A DNA stretch of 64,000 bases from Takakia lepidozioides (taxonomy: Eukaryota > Plantae > Bryophyta): NCBI GenBank assembly GCA_030704615.1, contig JAKLZA010000278.1, forward strand, positions 1 to 64,000, written 5' to 3'. This document shows, in pieces, positions 35,150-46,900 of the stretch; within the stretch, counting starts at the first letter, position 1; each line of letters opens with the position of its first letter. Both the position numbers and the translations under genes were made by a program. The notes beneath the pieces are model-generated. The model searched no databases and was not told the origin of the DNA. It saw only the letters and a program-made list of their open reading frames with translations.

Positions 35150-38100
35150 AGGGGTACAGTGGTATCCATGACAAACCCCTGCAACATGATTTGCATGTTG
35201 AACCGCAAGAGCAGTCACGGGCTGCACCAGTGTTACGAACGGAGTATGGAACACTTGTCGCTAGGCCCAGTATATATGACCGGGGTGGGCAAAACAAACG
35301 TGACACAGCCTATCACAGCCCATCACGGCGTGACACAGCCTATCACAGCCCATCACGACGTGACACAGCCAACCACAGCCCAGCAAGGCACACACAGCCT
35401 ATCACAGCCCATCACGGCGTGACACAGCCTATCACAGCCCATCACGACGTGACACAGCCAACCACAGCCCAGCAAGGCGCAACACAGCTTATCACAGCCC
35501 GTCACGACGTGACACAGCCAACCACAACCCAGCAAGGCGTGACACAGCCTATCACAACCTACCGCAGCGTGTCACAGCCTATCACAGCTTACACACAGTG
35601 CAACACAGCCTATCACAGCTCAAGACAGCCTACTAAAGTTACACGATCCATAGAATCAGTGACAAGTGGACACATAAAAACTTCAGTAAAATGGCTGAAG
35701 GAAGAAGAAACGGAAATTAATTTAAAAATAGACACGTGGAGGTCAGGGTGCGACACACAGCAGAGAATGAAGTGCAAGGACAGGTGTCAAAAAGAAAGAG
35801 GACAAGAACGGCCGTCAAAAGGGATGAAAGGCGGACCCATTAATGATTACGGAAAAAGGGAAACAGAACGAACGGCAAGTACAGAAAAGCCGAATTCATG
35901 TCGCATGTGTGATCCTAGTGGACTATCCAACAGGGAAAGTCCACTAAAGAAGATAAAAGTTAAAATCCAGTCACAGCGGCCACAGCCAATAGAAAACCAG
36001 AAAAATGATCAAGAAAATGGAGGGAAATTGAGCGCAAGAGGCGGCGTCGTTCAGAGTAACGGGCGTCTCGACAGGACAGGCCATAAATGCTATAACTTGG
36101 AAACTATGGAGGAACTAACAGACATTACGCTCGCAATATTACTTACGCAGTGGCAGAGACACGAAACGAAAGAGCAGAGCTTTTCTCTTGAACAATGCTT
36201 GCAAGCCCCGCAGGCTTACAAGAGGTTACCCATAGCTTTCTGCGGCAACCATACGTTTCTGCTTTGTGCACTACAGGCACTCCTGCAGTTGTTACAGCCA
36301 AAGCAGTTCGGTGAGTCTAAGATGAAGAGAGTGAGAGGAATGGAGGAAATCAGGGTGAAGAGCACCACCATTCTGCAGAAACAAACGATGGCTACCCCAC
36401 AGGCGACAAAGATACTGAAGGAGCTGAGATTGGAAGGATTGCAAAGCAAGGATTGGACACTACACCATAGACAGTACATGTTACAATTTTTGCAGAACTT
36501 TGAGCCAAAGACAGGAACAACAACGGTGAAGGGAGTTGAATTAATGATTACTCCCCTATACCTCCAGCAATTGTTTCAATTGCCAGCAGGTCATGTGTAT
36601 GTGGAAGAACACAGGGAAAGACTGCAAATAGGGGATTTATTCCAAGAAGGGAGTTTCTTTAAAACTCAGGGTTATGCTTGTACCAAAGCTGTGTACCCAG
36701 GGTTAAAAGACATAAGCCAAGTATTGAACGTTCTGATTGCCCTGAAACAGAACCAACAATATTTGAGCAAATCCTTCACAGAGGAAATCCTCAAAGGCTT
36801 GAAGGGACAAGAGGTACTATGGGCGGACATAATGTACAACGCACTGGTAGAGGAGATGAAAAGATTACAAAGTACTACCGCAAAATCTCCTATCATAGTG
36901 TCTGGCCCAATCATTGCTCAAATAATCCTTAGTTCGGGCATACTTAATGCACAAGAAAGGAAGGAAATGGGAGTGTTTGAGCCAGAAACAACTGCAATGG
37001 AAGAGCAAGGCTCTTCACACAGTGAGGGTGGACTAGCAGCACAACCAGAGACTAAGAGGCAGAGAAGGGGAAAGACTGTAGTGGCGGATCCACTGGCTTC
37101 ACGGATTCCGCATGATAATGTTTCCCAAGCTCATAACCAGGAAGGGGCACAGCAGCACAAAAGAATGTTATTACTGGAAGCAGGACCTTCAGAGAGGGAG
37201 GAAGAAGTTACTTCTGCATCACAACCAACACAGCCACTTGAACGACTTGTCACAAGGTCACAAGTTATCCATGCAGCTCAAACCGAAATAATTGATTTGG
37301 AAAGTGAAGGGATAGAGATTCCAACTACAGAGCAGATAGTGGCAGAAATAGAGAAAGGGGACCTTCTCTATGAATATTCTGGTCTGGTAAAGGAGACAGA
37401 AATCCCAGAGGTGCAACAGTTGCCCAAAGGAAATCCTGAGGTGCATATAATGCACACACCTGTGTTGGAGGTACCACAGGCAGAAGGCCATGACACTGTA
37501 GCACCGGTCATGAATGAAGTAGTTCAGGAAGAAAATCCGGTGGGACAATGGTCTGAATGGTTAGTGAGACATCATACTGTTGAAGATCGGGAGGAACAGC
37601 AGCAACCTCACCATGATGACCCTCAACAGGAAATGCTGATGAGTTCCATAGGCAGGACACTTAATTTGTTGGGGACTTATGTCAAAACCCATGTTCCAAT
37701 TACCCAATTGACAGCCTTGAAAGAAGAACTCAGGAAGGAGTTTGAGGCTCGACTTGCCACTGAGTGTGCAAACAAGGTCGATGAAGAGGTCACTCTCAAG
37801 ATGAAGCAGGACTTGGCCAATACAGAAATGGCTTTGCAATTAGCCAAGCAACAATTGATTGAGGCAGGCCTCGCGCAAGACCAGTTGCACGAAGCACATA
37901 AGCAACAGCTATACCAAATGCAGGTGCAGCATGAAAGCAAGTTGCAAGAACTGAATGCACTACATACGGAGTTGCAAACAGTGCATAACAGGATGGCAAT
38001 ACAATGCGCTACAATTACAACTATGCTTGACCAATCAACAAAAGAAATAAACAGTCAAGCGGAAAAATGTACGAAGGCAGAAGAAGAGAATGCGGAGCAC

Positions 38101-39869
38101 ATGAAGCTCATTGTCGATATGAAGAATACAATCTGTCGCAATGAAGATACTCTCAAGCAATACAGGCAGATGGAAGCTGAGAATGAGAAATACATCGTGG
38201 AGTTGCAACAAAACATCGTGGCCAATAGAAATGAAATCTCAATCAGTAACAAGGCTTCGAAAGAAGCCAATAATCTACTTGTTGCCTATGCGCAATTGGT
38301 TGAGCCACAGGCGAAGCGCATGAAGGATTTACAACAGCAGTTGGAATTGTATAAGCTAAGAGAGGAGCAAACTCTCAGGGGAACCACAAGCAGCTTGGTG
38401 GATAACAGCCTTATGCAGGTCTGGCTAGCACAAGGGCCAGTAGAAGGCAAAGCCCCACGGAAGCTCACCCAAAGCGAGATGAATGAGCTTAGACTGCAGG
38501 TGCAGAACATTGCCACAACTACTATAGACAATGTCTATAGTAGGATAGCAGAGTTACAAGAGGATGTAGACGGACTCCAGACTCAAGTGGAAGACCTCAC
38601 TTCAAACATCGACCAAAGAGTCTATATCCCTCGGGAACAGCTAATGGCTTCTTATTTGAAAGCCAGAACTCTGGCTTTTCAGTCTTCACAGGAGGTGCAA
38701 GAGATGCCAATGGTACAGGAACCACTACCACCACCACCACAACAGGTCAGTGTACCAGTAACTGAACCTGTGGTTACTACAACCACACCACAGCCACCAC
38801 AGCCGGAGGTATGGGGCAATGCAGCTTTTAACCCACCTAAAACTCCAGCTGCCAGGGAGTACAGTAGGGCTATGATTATGCCCTTCAACCAAATTCCATT
38901 CATGTTGGATTTGGCTTGGAAAGAATTTAGTCCTCCGCAGTCATTCGCACATTACTACCAAATCATGCGTATTTGGCTGCCAGTGGCAACCAGGACTAAA
39001 GTTCTTCCAAACAATCGACATATTGAAGATCATCACTTTGCACAATACTGGCACGAGGCAGGTACAATGTTGAGGGAATTGGTTGCTTTCCAGGTTGTAC
39101 ATGGACTCATTTATACCAAGACCAAGGAGATAGCAAGTATTGTCATGGGGTGCGGGCTATACTACGCTGCTTGTTTTCTGATACGTTACCACATTGAGCA
39201 ACAAAAGATGCAAGCACGCTTTCAAAGTTACTCCAGTGGAGATCATTGGGTATTACCTTCGGTGCCACCTCATATGTACCTATATGACCCAAAAGTTATG
39301 ATACAGAAGGATTCTCAAATTCGTTCATGGTTTCAAGCAGCCTGCAACAATTTGTCAACACAAAATTCGGACTTGATGACATTTTCTATAAGGGACATAT
39401 CGCATGGAAATACTTGCACGCGGCACCAGTAATTGGTACCCCACTCATTTGGACAGACAAGGAGCTCAGTGTCTACACCAATTTTGCTGTTCAACGGTTG
39501 CACCAGGTTGTAAAATGCAAACTTCCAGACATGGTAGGACAACATTGTATGCCCCAGATGATTCCACAAAAAGTTCGAAAATTAAAACACCTAAGAGGCG
39601 ATGACGATTCTGATACAACTGGTTCTTCACAAAATTCTTTTGACATGGGAGAAGACTATACAATTCAGATGGAAGCGAAGAAACAAAGGGGATCTCCTCT
39701 ACCGGAAAGATTACCTCGATATCAGCCTCCAGAAGGCCTCACTTATCCAGGTAGTAATCAACCATCTCCATCAACCAGAGACAGACCTCGGGCTCGTACA
39801 CACAGCCCACCACGAAACTCTCAACGTCAAAGTGATCACTCACAAAGGTTTGCTACTCGAAAACAGTAA
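35002..39869 (+). CDS. Integrase C-terminus (GPY motif) + SPxR repeat + linker + extra 3' protein (plant-transposon domain, coiled coil, unknown C-terminal domain); 1-bp indel at ~39363
   Basis: The 1476-aa ORF begins with the integrase tail KLKSPWKGPYVI and has no stop. Its C-terminal part is contiguous in copy C (52451-55633, 1060 aa). Confidence 0.85.
35300..35620 (+). repeat. 30-bp tandem repeat (GTGACACAGCCTATCACAGCCCATCACGGC) downstream of integrase
   Basis: About 8 units plus a degenerate tail, each built from three 10-bp subunits. Confidence 0.92.
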
Positions 39870-39890
39870 ACCGTGAGGACACGGCTTTTT

Positions 39891-39904
39891 GAGGGGGGAA
39901 GGGG
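39891..39904 (+). promoter_or_regulatory. Polypurine tract of copy B
   Basis: GAGGGGGGAAGGGG, 3 nt before the 3' LTR. Confidence 0.92.
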
Positions 39905-39907
39905 TAA

Positions 39908-40925
39908 TGTTAGAGGACTGTAGGGGACTTAGACACTTATACGGGATCTGTAGGGTACCCTTAATTTTTGCACAGACTGAGACAAACAGGAACCTTAGGG
40001 GTGACAGCAGAGCACTGTAGAAGGGGGTTACACAACCCACACAGCCCACACAGCCGTCACAGCCGTCACAGCCCACACAGCCGACACAGCCGACACAGCC
40101 CACACAGCCCACACAGCCCACACAGCCCGACACAGCCGTCACAGTCCACACAGCCCACACAGCCGTCACAGCCAACACAGCCCGTCACAGCCGTCACAGC
40201 CCACACAGCCCACACAGCCCGTCACAGTCGTCACAGCAGACACAGCCCACACAGCCAGTCACAGCCCGGCATAGCCACACAGCCAGTCACAGCCCGACAC
40301 AGCCAAACACAGCCAGTCACCGCTTGACACAGCTGTCACGATAATAGGGAACGAAGAGTAGGACAGGGAACGACTGTGGGGAACAACACCAGAAAAGGGA
40401 ACATGTTAGTTCACATACGACGGTTAGAGAGGGAAACGGTTAGAACCGCGGATAGGAGGATAAAGGGAAGAACGGGGATTATGATGAGATCATTATTCGG
40501 GGAGGACTTGGGAGTCAGGCGGAAGCGGAGATCGGAGAGCACGATGAAGGAGGATTAGTAGATGCTTGTTAGATGCAAAGCCGTAGGGATATTGTAGAGG
40601 AGAATAGAGATACAATGGCTTCGGCCTGATACCTGATAAATCATAATCTGATATTTATACGATACAATCACACTGTGTAGAGAGATCTGAGTGAAGCTGT
40701 GGATTGAATGGAGGAGTGAAGGAAACTAATACGTAATTATCAATGGTAAGGTAGCTAAGATGAATGAGAAAAGGGAAACAAATAGGAAACACCCCCATGA
40801 TACACTAGCTGTAGGTCATGACTGATTGTTCTGCGCGGGCTGAGTACTTAGAGATTTCCAACTCTTCTATCTTGGAGTTTCCGCCTCGGATAGCGAAGGG
40901 ATGGGTGAGTAAAAGCCGCGCGACA
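39908..40925 (+). repeat. 3' LTR of copy B (1018 bp)
   Basis: Essentially identical to the 5' LTR; I saw only one A-run indel near 40393. Confidence 0.97.
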
Positions 40926-43900
40926 GCTACTTGCTGGACCATAAAGGTTACTGTTTTAGAATCCAGTTTTTGAATAAGTCGCCTTCCCAAAAAAAACAGC
41001 CAGCCTGAAGGTATGATAGCATTGCAAATGCATGAGCAAGCATTACATGCAATGACATGGCTTATTTGAGTCTCTGTAAGGAGCTGCAGGACTTCATGAT
41101 CAAAACTCTGCCAGGGTAGAAGGTTAGAAGCACACAACACCTACTAGCAAGCATGTCTTGAAAATCAAAATTATGATGGGGCCAGGTCTGAAGGTGCTTC
41201 AGTGCCAAGTCATAGGCAAGACTTCTAACAACACAAAACACAGGGCTGACTACCCTCAAGCAGATATGGGCCTGGAGTGGAATTCCAGGGCCTCATAAAA
41301 AGCTCTGCCAGTTAAAGAAAGGAACTCAGAAACCCCTGTCCCCTATCATGCAATGAAATCACGGTGATATGAGAGCCTTGAAGAATGTTTGTTATCAGAC
41401 AAGGTCTATCTTCTGATCCATCAAAGCCAAGGCCATGATGTTTCATTTCAGAGCCTAGTTTCCATGCAGCCAGAGTTATAGCTGCAGCCCTATACCTTTG
41501 TTGAAAACAGCCAGAGCCTTCAGTAGAGATTTTGTTTTCTATGAAGTCCCTTGTGTGTCTTAACTCCAAAACATGTAGAAGTGGTCATCAAGAACCAAAA
41601 ACAAGGGTAAGGAGTAAGAAGGCGATCCTCATTAGAGCAGACTTGAAGCCGTTTTGAGGCAGCAAGGTGGCAGATTTGAAACAGCAACTGGCATCGGCAG
41701 CTTCAGGCGGTAGCAACAATCCCTTATGCAAGAATCGGACTCTACAAGCTTCAAGAATTCAAGACAAGTGAAGACCCTCACCTGTGCCCGTCCCAAAAAC
41801 CACCACATAAAGATGTGTGTTAGCGAGGATGCATCAGGTGAGTGGCAGGTCTTCACAGTTGCTATCCATGTCAGTGCTGAATTCTAAAGCATGTACAGAT
41901 CACAATTCAAGCAAGGGTAACCTCAAAAGACCTTGAGTGTTTGCGGTATGCCCTGCGCCATGGCGTCCAACAGATCGTCTCCAACAGAACACAATCACAG
42001 TAGAAGGGTTCACAGATAGAGAAGAGCTCGTACAAAGTGAAAGAGCCATATGTAATATGTAGATAAATAGGGGTAGAGTACTTCCCAACGAGGAGTAAAA
42101 GCGCCGCTGCAATTAAAAAGAACCATGAGGGTCTGAGCAAAGCAATCATCGCTTTGTCACCTGCCAGAGAAGAATCTGCATGACCGCCAATGCGCATCCC
42201 AAGAGCCAGCCATCACGGGTACCATGCAGCAGTTGGGGAGCAGATTTACACGGCGCATCATCAAGGATCCCTGAAGCACGAGCTCTGTGCTGTGAAAGGT
42301 GTCGACCTGCTTAGGGCACAGATCCCCGATTTCTCATCCAGGGGGGATGAAAAGTCGCATTCTAGCAGGAGATGCACTGGTCAATGGATGACATCCATTA
42401 AAAAGGTAACTTTTAGGGTTAGGGTATAGGCTCAAGTTTAATAACTGCCATCATTTCTAATAAATGATGGTAAAATTACTCTCTCCTGGATTAAAATAGG
42501 TCACCATCGTTCATGGAATTCATCCCGTTTGGATGAAAAAGGAGAAAACAAATGATAAACCAAGATTTATGCACAGCAAGGGTCATCATCCTAATAATTT
42601 CATCCATATTTGGATGAGAAAGGAGATTAGGATGAAAACCAAAATCTGCAGAGTAAGCGTCATCATCCTTCAAAAAATTCATCCAGTTTTGGATGAAAAG
42701 GGAATTGGGATGAACAACCAAATAACCAGCATTAAAAAGGTTAAGGCCAGATGAAATCCAAAGAGTTATAGAGGGAGAGGGAGAGAGGGAGAGAGAGGGA
42801 CCCACCAGCCAATCCCCTGGCATGGCAGAACCTTACGGAGTGAGTGTGGTATGCACTCACCCCGTAAGGGAGTGCATACCAAACCCCTTCTCATAAGGTT
42901 TCCCCTCTTCCATGTAGTTCTATCCTTAGATTATATTATCCAAGGGAGTAGAATCCTACATCCTCTCTTCCTCCGGTCATGAATGAAACATTGGCATAAA
43001 GTGTATCATAGCAAGACTGGTATAGTATCACGAGAAAAGAACAGAGAGTTCAGTGGTATACTTAGCTCTGGATAGGTACAAGTTTTTAGAAAATACCTTT
43101 CAGTTTCTCAATAAGCTCTCGCACAGGGAAGAACAGGCTAGGGAAGGAACCTCGTTCAAGGAACCTTGTCAAGATATAGCAGCAGCTCAGGTCTGTAGTA
43201 CCATGCCTGTGATATAGACAAAACATCTTCTAGCAACAGATTAGAGTTGGGTATTTTTTTATGGTGCCACAAGGAGCGAAGCCATATCTAAGAGAAGTAT
43301 AGAAGCACTTGATCAAAGGACTTGGTAGTCACTCGATCATAAGGTATTTGATTCTGATATAAGGCATCGGCTACAAGGGACTAGCTAACAAAAGTAGTGT
43401 GCATTGACCGGATCAAGTATAAGGTGTACACGTACTCCCGTAAGCTGTCTTACCAGGGCTTAGCTCATAATATCGGCATTCAGAAGTCCTTTAGATGCTC
43501 AGGTATCATCAAGGATGCCTTACTCTTCATACCCAATCAATCAACCATACTATTGCTGGAGAAGATCATATCTGGCCAAGGGGGATTCATACCCCAAGGC
43601 TTTAAGTTCATCATTCCAGTTTGGAATGTGTTTGCTGCCTATCTGCCTGCAAGGCTCCTCAAAAAATATCGTCAGTACATCAGAATGAGAAGGTGAAACA
43701 GGAAAGGAGAAGGGTAGATGGTGTGTACAAAAACCACTAAGTACACTGATCAGATAAAGAGAGGGAAGATATACATGTCATGTCAAGACATGGACAAGAC
43801 CACTAAGGTCATTGTCATTGAAAGACAAAGCAGCCCTTTACAGGGCACCATCTAACAACCACTTCCATGTTTACCATCTCATTTGAATATCCCGTTACAT

Positions 43901-46900
43901 TTCAGGGTATCTGAAAAAACAGGGTGGGAGGGTGGGATTCTTGGTCAATCATATTGTGAAAGCACCATAGTTTGACATACAACGATCACCACCATACTTG
44001 CCGATTGTAACATCATTTCAAAAACCAGATTGCAGGTCTGGAGATAAATCTCGAGAGCCAAGCACATAGTACTTTAAATTGCAATTGAAACAGCAAGCCA
44101 TACATGTCTTAAGCATTTGCCTGTTGACATAATGATTCCTCATTTTTTGTTGACATGGGTCAAGCCTTACATAATCCAGTTCTTGAGCCATTCATCTTCC
44201 TAAAAAGGCATCCTGTGTTGGCTTGAAACCGATCTATCAGTGCCAAGACACATGCAAGATTCGTAAAGTAGAAACGGGGCTGAGTTTTTTCAGGCATATG
44301 CAGGCCTGGATTGGTATTCCGGGGCCTCATAAACAGCTCTGCCAGGGTAAAAAATAAATAACTCAGAATTCCAGGTCAATCATATCATGAAAGCACCATG
44401 GTTTAATAAAAAAATTCCCCTATACTTGCAGATTGTACCTTCATTTCATAAACCAGATTGCAGGTCTGGAGATAACCTCCAAAACCAAGCCCTTCAAGCA
44501 ACAAGTGTCGTTCTTGCTTAGTTTTATCTAAGTAAGAATATCTCTACACCTAGCAAGGTGTATCATGACCAGGTTTAGGCCATGAAAAAGTATTTAAAAC
44601 TGTCATGCTAGGCTACTTGCTGGACCATAAAGGTTACTGTTTTAGAATCCAGTTTTTGAATAAGTCGCCTTCCCAAAAAAAACAGCCAGCCTGAAGGTAT
44701 CATAGCATTGCAAATGCATGAGCAAGCATTACATGCAATGACATGGCTTATTTGAGTCTCTGTAAGGAGCTGCAGGACTTCATGATCAAAACTCTGCCAG
44801 GGTAGAAGGTTAGAAGCACACAACACCTACTAGCAAGCATGTCTTGAAAATCAAAATTATGATGGGGCCAGGTCTGAAGGTGCTTCAGTGCCAAGTCATA
44901 GGCAAGACTTCTAACAACACAAAACACAGGGCTGAGTACCCTCAAGCAGATATGGGCCTGGAGTGGAATTCCAGGGCCTCATAAAAAGCTCTGCCAGTTA
45001 AAGAAAGGAACTCAGAAACCCCTGTCCCCTATCATGCAATGAAATCACGGTGATATGAGAGCCTTGAAGAATGTTTGTTATCAGACAAGGTCTATCTTCT
45101 GATCCATCAAAGCCAAGGCCATGATGTTTCATTTCAGAGCCTAGTTTCCATGCAGCCAGAGTTATAGCTGCAGCCCTATACCTTTGTTGAAAACAGCCAG
45201 AGCCTTCAGTAGAGATTTTGTTTTCTATGAAGTCCCTTGTGTGTCTTAACTCCAAAACATGTAGAAGTGGTCATCAAGAACCAAAAACAAGGGTAAGGAG
45301 TAAGAAGGCGATCCTCATTAGAGCAGACTTGAAGCCGTTTTGAGGCAGCAAGGTGGCAGATTTGAAACAGCAACTGGCATCGGCAGCTTCAGGCGGTAGC
45401 AACAATCCCTTATGCAAGAATCGGACTCTACAAGCTTCAAGAATTCAAGACAAGTGAAGACCCTCACCTGTGCCCGTCCCAAAAACCACCACATAAAGAT
45501 GTGTGTTAGCGAGGATGCATCAGGTGAGTGGCAGGTCTTCACAGTTGCTATCCATGTCAGTGCTGAATTCTAAAGCATGTACAGATCACAATTCAAGCAA
45601 GGGTAACCTCAAAAGACCTTGAGTGTTTGCGGTATGCCCTGCGCCATGGCGTCCAACAGATCGTCTCCAACAGAACACAATCACAGTAGAAGGGTTCACA
45701 GATAGAGAAGAGCTCGTACAAAGTGAAAGAGCCATATGTAATATGTAGATAAATAGGGGTAGAGTACTTCCCAACGAGGAGTAAAAGCGCCGCTGCAATT
45801 AAAAAGAACCATGAGGGTCTGAGCAAAGCAATCATCGCTTTGTCACCTGCCAGAGAAGAATCTGCATGACCGCCAATGCGCATCCCAAGAGCCAGCCATC
45901 ACGGGTACCATGCAGCAGTTGGGGAGCAGATTTACACGGCGCATCATCAAGGATCCCTGAAGCACGAGCTCTGTGCTGTGAAAGGTGTCGACCTGCTTAG
46001 GGCACAGATCCCCGATTTCTCATCCAGGGGGGATGAAAAGTCGCATTCTAGCAGGAGATGCACTGGTCAATGGATGACATCCATTAAAAAGGTAACTTTT
46101 AGGGTTAGGGTATAGGCTCAAGTTTAATAACTGCCATCATTTCTAATAAATGATGGTAAAATTACTCTCTCCTGGATTAAAATAGGTCACCATCGTTCAT
46201 GGAATTCATCCCGTTTGGATGAAAAAGGAGAAAACAAATGATAAACCAAGATTTATGCACAGCAAGGGTCATCATCCTAATAATTTCATCCATATTTGGA
46301 TGAGAAAGGAGATTAGGATGAAAAACCAAAATCTGCAGAGTAAGCGTCATCATCCTTCAAAAAATTCATCCAGTTTTGGATGAAAAGGGAATTGGGATGA
46401 ACAACCAAATAACCAGCATTAAAAAGGTTAAGGCCAGATGAAATCCAAAGAGTTATAGAGGGAGAGGGAGAGAGGGAGAGAGAGGGACCCACCAGCCAAT
46501 CCCCTGGCATGGCAGAACCTTACGGAGTGAGTGTGGTATGCACTCACCCCGTAAGGGAGTGCATACCAAACCCCTTCTCATAAGGTTTCCCCTCTTCCAT
46601 GTAGTTCTATCCTTAGATTATATTATCCAAGGGAGTAGAATCCTACATCCTCTCTTCCTCCGGTCATGAATGAAACATTGGCATAAAGTGTATCATAGCA
46701 AGACTGGTATAGTATCACGAGAAAAGAACAGAGAGTTCAGTGGTATACTTAGCTCTGGATAGGTACAAGTTTTTAGAAAATACCTTTCAGTTTCTCAATA
46801 AGCTCTCGCACAGGGAAGAACAGGCTAGGGAAGGAACCTCGTTCAAGGAACCTTGTCAAGATATAGCAGCAGCTCAGGTCTGTAGTACCATGCCTGTGAT

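Larger units (their letters stand above)
27532..40925 (+). mobile_element. Complete Ty3/Gypsy LTR retrotransposon copy B (13,394 bp)
   Basis: Paired LTRs TGT...ACA, PBS, PPT, 5-bp TSD, complete gag-PR-RT-RH-INT. Confidence 0.99.

Noticed and set aside
35050-35300. Chromodomain at the integrase C-terminus
   Set aside because: No chromodomain pattern after the GPY motif; the sequence passes directly into the repeat tail
39120-39190. ORF2 as a retroviral-type env
   Set aside because: Only one short, moderately hydrophobic stretch (IASIVMGCGLYYAACFLI); no signal peptide or fusion-protein features visible
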